Source of the DNA: the human T2T-CHM13v2.0 reference genome, Homo sapiens
Assembly: GCF_009914755.1 (NCBI RefSeq)
Contig: NC_060938.1
Reading direction: 5' to 3' (one strand)
DNA length: 64,000 nt
In this document: one piece after another, positions 45,162-63,930 of the stretch
Layout of the letters: each line of letters starts with the position of its first letter
Numbering within the stretch: the stretch's first letter is position 1
Notes under the pieces: model-generated
The model's database searches: none
What the model was told of the DNA's origin: nothing
The model's input: only the letters and a program-made list of their open reading frames with translations
Position numbers and translations under genes: made by a program

Positions 45162-46552
45162 CAGTCCTCCCTCAGTATCCATGGGGGATTGGTTCCAGTA
45201 CCCCCTCCCAACTGCCCTCATACCTTGTAATCGCCCACTGCACAGACAAAATCAATTCACTGAGACTGCAGCAGTGCAGTAGAGAAAGAATATAATTGAC
45301 ACAAGGCTGACCCATATGGGAAAAAACTGGAGTTACCACTCAAATCAGTCAGTCTCTCAGAAGGCTCAGAGGCTGTGGTTTTTATGGACAATTTGGTGGG
45401 CAGTGGGGGCTAGGGAATGGGTGCTGCTGACTTGTTGTGGATGAAATCATAGGTGTAAGGAACACTGTCCTCATGCACTGAGTCCACCTCTGGATAGGGC
45501 CACAGGAGCAGTTGAGTCATGAGTCACAAGTACAGGTGGGGTCCGTCTGAAAAACATCTAAAAATAAAACCAATCTGAGGTTCTACAGTAGTGATGTTAT
45601 CTATAGGAGCAATTGGGGAAGTCACAAATCTTGTGACCTCTGGCCACGTGACTCCTGAGCAGCAGGGGGTTGGAAACTACGCCTACATTTTAGCAGAGTT
45701 CAAGCATAGCAGAGTTCAAGCCCCTCCCATGATCCTATTCTTGTGGCCTTTCATTAGTCTTACAAAGGTAGGTTTTGGTCCCTGAGCAAGGAGGGCGTTA
45801 GTTTTAGGGGAAGGATTACTACTGTCCTTGCTTTCAAGTTAAAGTATAAACCAAATTCTTCTCGAAGTTAGCTTGGCCCATGTCCAGGAGGCGACCTTGG
45901 TGTCAGAAGCAAGATTGAGTCGACTATGTCAGATTTCTCTTACTGTCATAGTTTTGAAAAAGTTGGTTTCACACTAAAAGCTGCAGATGCTGAAGTCTGT
46001 GATATAAAATGGTGTAGTATTCACATATAACTTACACACATCCTCATGTACTTTAAACCATTGCTCGTTTACTATAATGCCGAATACAATGGAAATGCTA
46101 TGAAAATAGCTGTTAGTTTTTTGTTTGTTTGCTTGTTTATTTGTTTTTGAGATGGAGTCTTGCTTTTTTGCCCAGGCTGGAGGGCAGTGGCATGGTCTTG
46201 GCTCACTGCAACCTCCACCTCCTGGGTTCAAGTGATTCTCCTGCCTCAGCCTCCTGAGTAGCTGGGATTACAGGCGTGCCACCACACCCAGCTAATTTTT
46301 TTGTATTTTTAGTTAGAGACGGGGTTTCACCATGTTGGCCAGGCTGGTCTCAAACTCCTGACCTCAGGTGATCTGCCCACCTCAGTCTCCCAAAGGGCTG
46401 GGATTACAGATGTGAGCCACTGCACCCGGGCTTGGTTTTTAAATTTGCATTATTTTTATCGCTGCATTGTTATTTTGTATTTTTTAAACATTTCTGATCC
46501 GTGTTTGGTTCAATCCCCGAATGCAGAACTCGCGGATACAAAGGGCCAACAG
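45162..46552 (+). mobile_element. MER2 (Tigger-family) element split by an LTR8A-like LTR and an Alu
   Basis: 5' end CAGTCCTCCCTCAGTATCCATGGGGGATTGGTTCCAG; resumes ~45972 (GATATAAAATGGTGTAGTATT); ends GCGGATACAAAGGGCCAACAG. Confidence 0.75.
45226..45971 (-). mobile_element. LTR8A/B-like ERV1 solo LTR
   Basis: TG...CA termini (TGTAATCGCCC...GGTTTCA); homologous to the LTR8 at 52.2-52.9 kb (AGAAGCAAGAT, AAAGTTAG, ACTCAAATCAGTC). Confidence 0.7.
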
Positions 46553-46746
46553 CATTGCAATAGAAACATGTGACCTTAAGACAGGTAAGTTTTCAAAAGT
46601 TAGGCAAAAAGGGTTTTTCTTTTAGAGAAAGAACTAGGCTAGAAAGAACCAGGTATGGGAAGGTGGGATAAAGGGTGGACTGATGGGAGAGTAGGTCAGA
46701 TAATGCTTTACCCTGAAGGCCTCCTATCCTCAGCGAGTGCCTTTAA

Positions 46747-47064
<318 letters not shown>

Positions 47065-47773
47065 TGATACAGTGAGGACAAAACATTTCAGCTAGTTATT
47101 TGTGAGGAGAGGAATGGAGATTTGGACAGCCTGTGTCTGGCACTGTCATAGCTAAACAAGGTAGGCATCCCTGAGTCTTATCTAACTCATATGGGGGAGT
47201 AGCTATTTTTTTAGAACACAAAAAGATGAAGGGATTTCCTAACCTTCAGGTTAAGTTCAACATTATCAAATAAAATGGCATTATTTTCTACTCAGATTCC
47301 CATTAAGGAATAAAAGTGTTAGTATTCTTTGGGTGTCAATGGCAACACTATTTGAGTTTCATTTCAACACCCAGGTGTCATCATTCACTCTGACACACCC
47401 ACATTCAGTGATAGGACAAGGACTCTAGTATTTTTACGTTTATGGAACAGAAGTGGTTGCCATATGCTAAAATTGTTGCTGAAAAGTATACCGCAAGTAG
47501 AAGAACTTAGGTTATGCAAACGGAAGATATGCTTCAAATCAGCAGTTTGAAAACTGTAGTTTTAATGTTACTAACTTAGGATAACAAGGGGAAGCAACCT
47601 TAGAGGTTTCTCAACTTAAGACTAGAAAAAGATGTTATTTTTTTCTTCTTCTTCTTTTTTTTGTTTTTTTTTTTTTTTTGAGACAGAGTCTCAGCTGCAG
47701 CCATGAGCTCTTGGGCCCAAGTAATCCTCCTACCTCAGCCTCCCAAGTAATTGGAACCACAGGTGTGCACCAC

Positions 47774-49045
<1,272 letters not shown>

Positions 49046-49084
49046 CCACCACACATGGCTAATTTTATTTATTTTATTGAATAA

Positions 49085-49408
<324 letters not shown>

Positions 49409-49467
49409 TAAAGTGCTGGGATTACAGGCATAAGCCACCATGCCTGGCCCTTTAATATCTTTTAGTA

Positions 49468-49795
49468 AGAACATTTTTAATTTTTTTGTATTTTTTACTT
49501 ATTTTTTTGTTTGTTTTTTTGAGGGAGGGTCTTGCTCTGTTGCCCAGGCTGGAGTACAATGGCACCGTTACAGCTCACTGCTGCCTCAACCACCTGGACT
49601 CAAGTGATCCTCCTGAGTAGCTGGGACTATAGGTATGTGCCACCATGCCTGGCTAATTTTCTTTTTGTATTTTTAAATAGAAACAGGGTTTGGCCATATT
49701 GCCCAGGCTGGTCTCAAACTCCTGAGCTCAAGGGATCTTCCTGCCTTGGTCTCCCAAAGTGCTGGGATTACAGGCATGCTCCACTGTGCCCAGCC
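49468..49795 (-). mobile_element. AluJ-type element whose tail and right arm (49468-49631) are duplicated at 12037-12199
   Basis: Diverged Alu dimer with a private internal deletion (GATCCTC|CTGAGTAGC) shared by both copies. Confidence 0.88.
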
Positions 49796-50231
49796 TATTT
49801 TTCTTATTTGTAGGGATGGGGTCCCGCTATGTTGCCCAGACTGATCACAAACTCCTGAGCTCAAGTGATTCTCCCACCTCAGCCTCCCAACGTGCTGGGA
49901 TTACAGGCGTGAGCCACTACACCTGGCCAAAAGCTGATTATTTTAACCATCAAATCAAGAGACAGACATCATATCCACAAGCAAGAATATGTACATATCG
50001 AGAAGTGTGATATTACTTCAATAACAGGTTACTATTGTTTTTTTTCTTCTTTTTCGTATTGTTTTGATTTGGTAAACTTGATTATTTATTTTCATGTATA
50101 AATTATGAGTGCTATAAATTCATACCATTTCTACTTACTATCCACAATGACCAGAATAATCTCTTAACTTCATAATTCCAATTGTTTCTATCGTTTTACT
50201 TTACCACTAATTTCAGCCACTTTAGATTTTT

Positions 50232-51509
50232 CTTTTTTTTTTTTTTCTGACTTCTCTATCCTTTCCCCACCCTTTCCCCCTTTTCTATTCCACAAAACTG
50301 CCATCGTCATCATGGCCCGTTCTCAATGAGCTGTTGGGCACACCTCCCAGACGGGGTGGTGGCCGGGCAGAGGGGCTCCTCACTTCCCAGAAGGGGCCGC
50401 CGGGCAGAGGGGCCCCCCCACCTCCCGGACGGGGCGGCGGCCGGGCAGAGGCGGGCCCCCCACCTCCCTCCCGGACGGGGCGGCTGGCCGGGCGGGGACT
50501 GACCCCCACCTCCCTCCCGGACGGGGCGGCTGGCCGGGCGGGGGCTGACCCCCCACCTCCCTCCCGGACGGAGCGGCTGGCCGGGCGGGGCCTGACCCCC
50601 CACCTCCCTCCCGGACGGGGCGGCTGGCCGGGCGGGGGCTGACCCCCCACCTCCCTCCCGGATGAGGTGGCTGCCGGGCGGAGGGGCTCCTCACTTCCCA
50701 GACGGGGTGGCTGCCGGGCGGAGGGGCTCCTCACTTCCCAGACGGGGTGGCTGCCGGGCGGAGGGGCTCCTTACTTCTCAGACGGGGCGGCTGCCGGGCG
50801 GAGGGGCTCCTCACTTCTCAGACGGGGTCGCGGCCGGGCAGAGGCGCTCCTCACATCCTAGACGGGGCGGCGGGGCAGAGGCGCTCCCCGCATCTCAGAC
50901 GATGGGCGGCCGGGCTGAGACGCTCCTCACTTCCTAGATGGGATGGCGGCCGGGAAGAGGCACTCCTCACTTCCCAGACTGGGCAGCCGGGCAGAGGGGC
51001 TCCTCACATCCCAGACGATGGGCGGCCAGGCAGAGACGCTCCTCACTTCCCAGACGGGGTGGCGGCCGGGCAGAGGATGCAATCTCGGCACTCTGGGAGG
51101 CCAAGTCAGGCGGCTGGGAGGTGGAGGTTGTAGCGAGCCGAGATCACGCCACTGCACTCCAGCCTGGGCAACATTGAGCACTGAGTGAACCAGACTCCGT
51201 CTGCAATCCCGGCACCTCGGGAGGCCGAGGCTGGCAGATCACTCGCGGTTAGGAGCTGGAGACCAGCCCGGCCAACACAGCGAAACCCGGTCTCCACCAA
51301 AAAAATACGAAAACCAGTCAGGCGTGGCGGCACGCGCCTGCAATCGCAGGCACTCGGCAGGCTGAGGCAGGAGAATCAGGCAGGGAGGTTGCAGTGAGCC
51401 GAGATGGCAGCAGTACAGTCCAGCTTTGGCTCAGCATCAGAGGGAGACCGTGGAAAGAGAGGGAGAGGGAGACCGTGGGGAGAGGGAGAGGGAGAGGGAG
51501 AGGGAGAGC
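50232..51509 (-). mobile_element. SVA retrotransposon: hexamer, Alu-like region and VNTR present, SINE-R truncated to ~100 nt, then poly-A
   Basis: (GGGAGA)n hexamer ~51455-51508, Alu-like ~51080-51430, GC-rich VNTR ~50340-51075, SINE-R start (CATGGCCCGTTCTCAATGAGCTGTTGGG), T-tract 50233-50246. TSD TAGATTTTT at 50223-50231 and 51510-51518 in TT/AAAA context. Confidence 0.96.
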
Positions 51510-51614
51510 TAGATTTTTAAAAGTGGGTGCTTTATAATACATTTGCTTCAAAAAATATATTTAACTGAAAAAGTTAAATGAAATACATTTATACATTGAA
51601 TTACCAAGAATACC

Positions 51615-51778
51615 AGTAATACATTTTCATAAATGTAATACATAGTAATACATTTTCATAAATGTAATACATAGTAATACATTTTCATAAATGTAATACA
51701 TAGTAATACATTTTCATAAATGTAATACATAGTAATACATTTTCATAAATGTAATACATAGTAATACATTTTCATAAA
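51615..51778. repeat. Perfect 29-bp minisatellite (AGTAATACATTTTCATAAATGTAATACAT) x ~5.6
   Basis: Units start at 51615, 51644, 51673, 51702, 51731 and 51760 (last partial), with no mismatches. Confidence 0.95.
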
Positions 51779-52099
51779 ATCGAATACATTATTTCATGTG
51801 ATCTTTACAATGTTTCTGAAATAAATTATCACCATTTTATAGTTGAGGCAAGTTAGTGGCAGAGCTGGAATGAGATTTAAGTACTGATTGATTTACTTAC
51901 GTTGCCCTATATACTACATAATCAGAACATTTTATGTAGGATAGTAAAAAGATTAAAATATCCAATAAGAATGATAGCGTAAGGCCGGTCACAGTGACTC
52001 ATACCTGTAATCCCAGGGCTTTAGGGCATTGGGGCAGGAGGATCACCTGATCTCAGGAGTTTGAGACAAGCCTGGGTAACATAGCAAGATCCATCTCTA

Positions 52100-52886
<787 letters not shown>

Positions 52887-53028
52887 GCACCACTGCACTC
52901 CAGGCGGGGCAACAAAGTGAGACCCTGTCTCTAAAACAAAGAATGGTAGTATAAGTGAAAACCATGGTCGGGTGCGGTGGCTCACGCTTGTAATCCCAGC
53001 ACTTTGGGAAGCTGAGGTGGGTGGATCA

Positions 53029-53433
<405 letters not shown>

Positions 53434-53632
53434 TTAAGTTTATTAATGGAGATAGGTTGAATTAATGTTTGGGGGAAAATACTGTAACTTGGCCTGGGGC
53501 AGTGGCACATACCTGTAATCCCAGCACTTCCAGAGGCCGAGGCGGGTGGGTCACTTGCGGCCAGGATTTTGAGACCAGCCTGGCCCACATGGCAAAACCC
53601 CATCTCTAATAAAAATACAAAAAAATTAGCTA

Positions 53633-53872
<240 letters not shown>

Positions 53873-54081
53873 TTAATTAATTAATCCATTACTCTTTGTT
53901 TAAATTTCAATTTCAGAACTATCACAAGCAGAGGGGATAAATTTTCTTTCTAAAAGGATCAAAATTTAAGAAATTAACATTGCGATTGAGTTATATTTTG
54001 GTTGACCATTTATTTTATTTTTTTAAATTTTTAATTTTTTTTTCCTTTTTTGTTTTTCCTTTAATTTTTAAATTTTTTTAA

Positions 54082-54520
<439 letters not shown>

Positions 54521-55175
54521 CTATCTTAAAAAAAACAACAACAAAAAAATATATATATATATTTGTGGGCATGGTGGCATGAACCTGTAGTCCAAGCTAC
54601 TCAGGAGGTTGAGGTAAGAGGATCTCCTGAGTCTAGGAGTTCAAGACTGTAGTGCACAATAATTGTGCCTGTGAATAGCCACTGCACTCCAGCCTGGACC
54701 ACATAGCAAGATCCCCATCTCAAAAATAAAATAAAAATAAATAAAATTACTTAATTTAGAAAATTTTGGAATGGTAAATTATTATTATGCAATATGTGTG
54801 AACATAGATATATAAAGGTAACATTATAATCTTTAAATGATTCATGAACTCAATATGGTGACAATAAAAAAAGTGAGTTTAATTAATTGAGATTGATAGC
54901 CACATTCTACTAAATCAATAAAACAATTGGAACAGTTTTAAAATTTACAAGATATCATACCTATTAAAGATATGGAATGAAGGAAAATGCATGGATGACA
55001 GCTAGATAATTTTACTTGGAGTCGGAATTTTAAATTGGCAGTTATGAAGTACATGATACATAAAGAGACAACCTATGGACTAGGCACGGTGACTCACGCC
55101 TGTAATCCTAGCACTTTGGGAGGCCGAGGCACGTGGATCTCACTTGAGGTCAGGAGTTCGAGATCGGCCTGTTCA

Positions 55176-55433
<258 letters not shown>

Positions 55434-56239
55434 TTAGAAACTTACAACCCACAGGGACCTCAGGTTAGATTCCCTAATTATTGTTGCACGGTATCTCTCA
55501 TGACATTTTTGTGAAAAAGAAAAAAGGTGAAAAAAGGGATATTATGAAAGTAAACATAAAAATTAAAAAATTTCCTTGCCACACTTAAGAATGAATACTG
55601 TTTTTAGTTGGTGTGCATGGGTGTGGTACCTGTGTGATAATATTCTGCATTGAGTTAGATAAATGCTTTTAATTTGAGAAGTATGGCTTAAAGTCTGTAT
55701 TATGTTACATTTACACATTTTTGGCCAGTAAATTTAAATAGATACACAGTTAAAGGTACCAACTACTATTGCAATATTCTTACCATCCTGAGTCTATTAT
55801 TAAAAGAGTTATTAAAAACATTCCTGATGCAGTTAACAAAGAACCTTGGCAAGTGAAGACCTCCTTTTACTTTTATCCGTTTTGTTATATATACAGTTAC
55901 ATTTGAGTGAAAGTAAGCCATAATTTTAAAGATTTTCTAATAGTATTTCACATTTATTGAACATTATGAATTGGAAAGTTTTGGATATTGTTGAACTATA
56001 CAAACATTGGAAATGCTGGAAATTTTATAAAGGATAAAAATTTTAGTCATGTGTCTGAACAGTGAGTTTTACTGCTAGTGGATTAAAAGAAACACTTTTT
56101 TAGTCATGCTTGTTCAGAGAACTTAACTTTTATTGGAGTAAGATTGTATCCTCATGCATATGAAAAATAATGAGGAGGCTGGGTACGGTGGCTCATGCCC
56201 ATAATCCCAGCACTTTGGGAGGCCGAGGCGAGTGGATCA

Positions 56240-56506
<267 letters not shown>

Positions 56507-58081
56507 TTAATTGAACCCTAAACCTATTCAAAGATTTGTCCACTAAATGCTGTTAAATGGACTAGCCTCCTCTTAGTTTAACCTAAAGCTAAAAAGGATT
56601 AATTCTCTTCAGTTAGCTGTCTCTTGTCAAATATTTGTTTTCAGTAATTTAGGGCAAATGACCAAAGAAAGGAATACATGGATTGAAGAAGGATTAGAGT
56701 AGTGAAAATAGTTGTTTCATGTTTCAAAGAATGCTTTCAGTCTCTTTTATTCTTTATAGCATAAGCTGATTATTTTGTTTGACATGTTTTTACAGTGACT
56801 GCTATTGATAGCACCTCTTTGTTTTGGATGTTTTCTTTTATTTTCTTTTACTGACTTTGTTGGTTTAGTTTAGCTTATAATTCCAGCCTTTCCTTACTCT
56901 GCACCCCTACCTGGCTTTTGATGTATCCCTCTTTCTGTTGCTTACACAGAAAGGCTAACTTTTTTTCTATAAATAGAAATTCTAGACAACAGCTTAAGGG
57001 CACTGGTGGAAATGATATAGTTGTAGTAACTCCATGGTTTTATTCATTGTGCCTTCAGACCTTCTGGAAAGAGGATCCTTTGGCAAAAAAAAAAAAAGAC
57101 TAGAAGAAGATACATAAAATGATAACAGTTGTCTCGCTTTTTTTTTTTTTTTTTTTTTTTAGACAGAATCTGGCTCTGTCACCCAGGCTGCAGTACAGTG
57201 TTTCAATTACAGCTCACTGCAGCCTCGAACTCCCAGGCTCAAGATATCCTCCCACCTCAGCCCCCTAAGTAGCTGGGACCACAAGCACATTCCACCACGT
57301 CCAGCCAATTTTTGTATTTTTTGTAGAGATGGGGTTTCACCATGTTGCCCAGGCTGGTCTCGAACTCCCAAGCTCAAGTGATCCGCCTGCCTCGCCCTCG
57401 CAAAATGCTGGGATTACAAGTGTGAGCCACCATGCCTGGCAGTCCCATGATATTTTGCCTTTATTTTATATTTATGTCATTTTCAAATTCTCTTAATTAT
57501 TTTTACAATCTATAAAAATTAAACAAGACTTTATTTTAACTTGATTTTTAGTATACAATGAGTATTGCAAAGGTCAACAGTCCAAATGCAATAATTAAAC
57601 AACTTATATCTAGCTATGCATTTCAGTTTGTTCCCTTTGAAAATTTATCCTACAGCCTTCTCAAAATATGAACAAAACATATGAAATCAAAGGGTACCAA
57701 TTTTAAATGAGTGGTATTCAAACTTTTTTTTGCATGTTATTTATTTATACATTATATATGTATTTACTGTATTAATATATAACATACATTATGCAATATA
57801 TAGACATTTTTAAGGATGAAATAAAAATATAAAGAGGCTTTTTTTTTCTTTTGAGACAGAGTCTCCCTCTGTCACCCAGGCTGGAGTGCAGTGGCGTGAC
57901 CTTGGCATGGTGATGTGTGCCTTTATTCCCAGCTACTCAAGAGGCTGAGGTGGGAAGATCCCTTGAGCCCAGGAGTTTGAGGTTGCAGTGAGCTATGATT
58001 GCATCACTGCACTCTAGCCTGGGTGGCAGAGTGAGATCTTGCCTCCAAAAAATCTGTAGGTCTAGATTTTTTTTTTTTTTT

Positions 58082-58112
58082 AATTTTAGCATATGTGCTG
58101 CAGAAGCGAGCA
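58082..58112 (-). pseudogene. RNU6: 3'-truncated U6 snRNA retrocopy (U6 nt ~2-32)
   Basis: Minus strand TGCTCGCTTCTGCAGCACATATGCTAAAATT versus U6 TGCTCGCTTCGGCAGCACATATACTAAAATT (2 mismatches); flanked by TAGA(T)n at 58063 and 58113. Confidence 0.9.
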
Positions 58113-58233
58113 TAGATTTTTTTTTTTTTTTTTTTTAAGAATATTTTAGGCTGGGCATAGTGGCTCACGCCTGTAATCCCAGCACTTTGGGAGGCTGCAG
58201 TGGGCAAATCACGAGGTCAGGAGGTCAAGACTA

Positions 58234-58449
<216 letters not shown>

Positions 58450-58462
58450 TTAAATTTATTTA

Positions 58463-58752
<290 letters not shown>

Positions 58753-59859
58753 TTACATGTTGTATTTCCATTATTTAAAAAAAAGATTTGAGAGTAAATA
58801 GCAGAAAAAGTAAGAACCAAATTTTTGCATGCCTTCGTGCTATACTTTGCATTCATTTTTTTGAGGATTGGATTTATCTACTAGTCAGGTTCAAAATTTG
58901 GCATCCCTGCTCGAAATCGTGTTTTCTAGAATTTTATAGGAATGGTTGAAAGCAAAAATGAAACTGTCAGGCACAGTCCATGAAGCAGAGGATGTGGGCA
59001 GAGCAAGGACAGAGTATGTCTAAGACTTACTTTACCATGTGATCTAGGAAGCCGTCACTGTACAAAGACAACCACTGCTGGTTTGAATTAAAATAATTTT
59101 TGGCTGCTTCTCTTCACCTTCTTGGAGATCCTTCCTCAGGAATAAGGAAATAATTCAGGAAATTCACGCAGGAGCTCAGAATGTATTTCCAATCTCTGTA
59201 GTCTCCATTTTTGGCAGGCACACAGATAAGGGGATGGGAAATTAATATTGAGCCACACACAGGGGGAAGAAAATCTAATGTTCCTGAAGAAAAGGAACCT
59301 TGTTCACTGAAACAAGAAAATATTAAGGAGTAAGGCTTATCAAGTATTAAATTTATATTTACTAAGCCACTCAGTGTTAGGTCAATATCCTAAGCAGAAA
59401 AGATCAAGGAGGTAATAAACTGAAAGAAATTTTTTTTTTTTACAAAGTTCTGAATCTCCATCTGCAATAGAGATTTGTTTTTGCATTTTGCTTCTCTTTT
59501 AGAGATTGAAAGTTAGAGATAGGATTGACACACTTCTACTTGTTTTTTAAGACTCAGCACAAATATTACTTCTGATGTGAAACTTTTGAGGCTACCCTGT
59601 AGTTTCCCTCCTATGCTTCCTCATAGCATATTGTATTTTTTTTTTTTTTGAGACAGAGTCTTGCTCTGTTGCCCAGGCTGGAGTGTAGTGGCATGATACC
59701 AGCTCATTGAAACCTCAGGTGATCCTCCCACCTTAGCTTTCTGAGTAGCTGGGACCACAGGAGTGTGCCACCATGTCCGGCTAATTTTTTGGTAGTTTTT
59801 GTAGAGACAGGGTTTCGCCTTGTTGCCCAGGCTGGTCTCGAACTCCTCACCTCAAGTGA

Positions 59860-60171
<312 letters not shown>

Positions 60172-60360
60172 TGATCCACCCTCCTCAGCCTCCTAAAGTG
60201 CTGGGTTTACAGGCGTGAGCCACCACGCCTGGCCTTGTACCTCTATTTTTGAAAAGCATTATGATATAATTGTTCCTTTAAAATAAAATGTGACTGAGGC
60301 CGGGCACCATGGCTCACGCCTGTAATCCCAGCACTTTGGGAGGCTGAGATGGGTAGATCA

Positions 60361-61188
<828 letters not shown>

Positions 61189-61215
61189 AGCATCTACTAC
61201 AGTGAAAGTGTTCAG

Positions 61216-61527
61216 GACATTGCCAAACCTCTCCCAGAGTCAGGCGTGTAAACCAGCCCGAGCGGCGGCGGCAGCTGCAGGACCGCGGTGACGACCAGAG
61301 TAGCGACCCGCGGGGAGCGGCACGGGGTGACGCTGGCTGCGGGGACCCAGTGACAGCGTGAGAGGTAATAGGTTTTGACAAGTTTGCATCATGTGTGAAT
61401 ATAAGCTAGTCGTTCTTGACTCAGGAGGCGTTGGAAAGTCTGCTTTGACTGTACAATTTGTTCAATGAATTTTTGTTGAAAAATATGATCCTACGATAGA
61501 AGATTCCTATAGAAAGCAAGTTAAAGT
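61216..61527 (+). pseudogene. RAP1B: 5' fragment of a RAP1B processed pseudogene (5'UTR plus codons 1-45)
   Basis: ATG at 61391 gives [44 protein letters not shown] (Rap1 P-loop and effector region; TGA at 61466-61468; G10D). GC-rich 5'UTR ending GGTTTTGACAAGTTTGCATCATG resembles RAP1B; intronless. Confidence 0.9.
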
Positions 61528-61984
<457 letters not shown>

Positions 61985-62394
61985 TTAATAAATTGAGACA
62001 GGGTGTTGCTATGTTTCCCAGGCTAGTCTCAAACTCCTGGGCTCAAACAATCCACCCGCCTTAGCTCCCAAAGTGCTGGGATTACAGATGTGAGCTACCA
62101 TGCATGGCCAGGAGAATGTTCTTGTTCTTAGGACAAACACGCTGAACTATTTAGTGGTGAAATGTCATGATGCCTGCAACTTACTTTCAAATGGTTCAGA
62201 AAGAGAGAGAAAAAAAATGCAAATTTGTAGAATGCTAACAAATGGTGAATCCAGGCAAAGATTATATGAGGATGTATTATGCTGTAATTTTCTTTACTTT
62301 TTCTAATTTGAAATTAAAATAGAACATAATTTAAAACAAGTTTTTCGTTTTGTTTTGTTTTGAGACAGAGTCTCACCTGTGGCCCAGCCTGTAG

Positions 62395-62568
<174 letters not shown>

Positions 62569-63930
62569 TGACCTCAGGTGATCCGCCTGCCTCGGCCTCC
62601 CAAAGTGCTGGGATTATAGGCATGAGCCACCACGCCTGGCCAACAAAAAAGTTTTTAAAGCCTTAAAAGAGTTTTCCTCCTGGAAGCCTACTGTAAAGAA
62701 GTAATGCCCATGGTTTTTAGATGCAAAATAAAGCACATTTTAACTCCTGAATCATTTATACTTTATTTTGTTTACTTTTTTTTTTCAAGAGACAGAGTCT
62801 CTGCCTGGTTTGGTGGGTCAGGCTTGTAATCTCAGGACTTTGGAAAGCCAGGGCAGGAGGATTGCTTGGGGCCAGGGGTTTGAGACTAGACAGGGTAACA
62901 TGGCGAGACCCTGTCTCTATAAAAAATAAAAATAAAAAGGCCAGCCATCATGATGGCTCAGGCCTGTAATCTCAGCACTTTGGGAGGCTGAGGCGGGAGG
63001 ATTGCTTGATACCAGGAGTTCAAGCCCAGCCTGGGCAACATAGCAAGACCTAAAAAAAGACAAGGTCTTGTTCTGTCCCCCAGGCAGGAGTGCAATGGCA
63101 TGATTATAGCTCAGTACAGCCTCAAACTCCCAGGCTCAAGTAATTCTCCCACCTCTGCCTCCCCAGTAGCTGGAACCACAAGAGCGCATGCCCTCATGCC
63201 CAGCTAATTTATTTTTTATTTTTTGTAGAGATGGGGACTTGCCCTATGTTGCCCAGGCTGGTCTCCCCTCAAGGGTTCACCTGAAGCGATCCTCCTGCCT
63301 CTGCCTTCCAAAGTGCTAGGATTACAGGAGTGAACCACTGCACCTGGCCCTGAATCATATTTTAATTTACAACTGAGTTCTAAACTTTTGTCTTCCCAAG
63401 AAATTTTAAAAGGAAGGCAATATAGATAACTCAAAACAAATTTGTAAAATGGAATTCACTGGCATCAGTCCAGGAGAATTAAAATTTGGGGGCTAGCTGT
63501 TAGGCATAAGTAGAAAATATGACTTAATCTGGGAATGTCTGGTCACAGATAAAACTGACATACATGTGAGTCTACAGACTGGATTAATGACATATACCTG
63601 AAAGCTTAGAAGAGTGTTTTGCAAAGAGCCCCACTGTTTGTATCCGTGAAAGTCCAGTCAGAAACATAGAAGCCACTGTTTGAAAGAGAGAAACTAGTTC
63701 AGGGAATTGTTTACACGAGGGATGAACAGCTGAGGCTAAGAAGTTCAAAGTGGACAGTGAGGGCCAGCTGCAATGGCTCACGCCTATAATCCCAGCACTT
63801 TGAGAGGCCATAGCGGGAGGACTGCTTGGGCCCAGGAGTTCGAGACCAGGCTGGGCAACATAGTGGGACCACCCCCTGCCCCCCGCCCCCGCCTCCATCT
63901 CTTAAAAAAAAAAATCTGTTCTTTTGACTC

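Noticed and set aside
50285-51551. Cluster of Pro/Gly/Arg-rich ORFs
   Set aside because: Translations of the SVA VNTR and Alu-like region.
51615-51778. 29-bp palindromic repeats resembling a CRISPR array
   Set aside because: Units are directly adjacent with no unique spacers, there are no cas genes, and the context is primate genomic DNA; it is a minisatellite.
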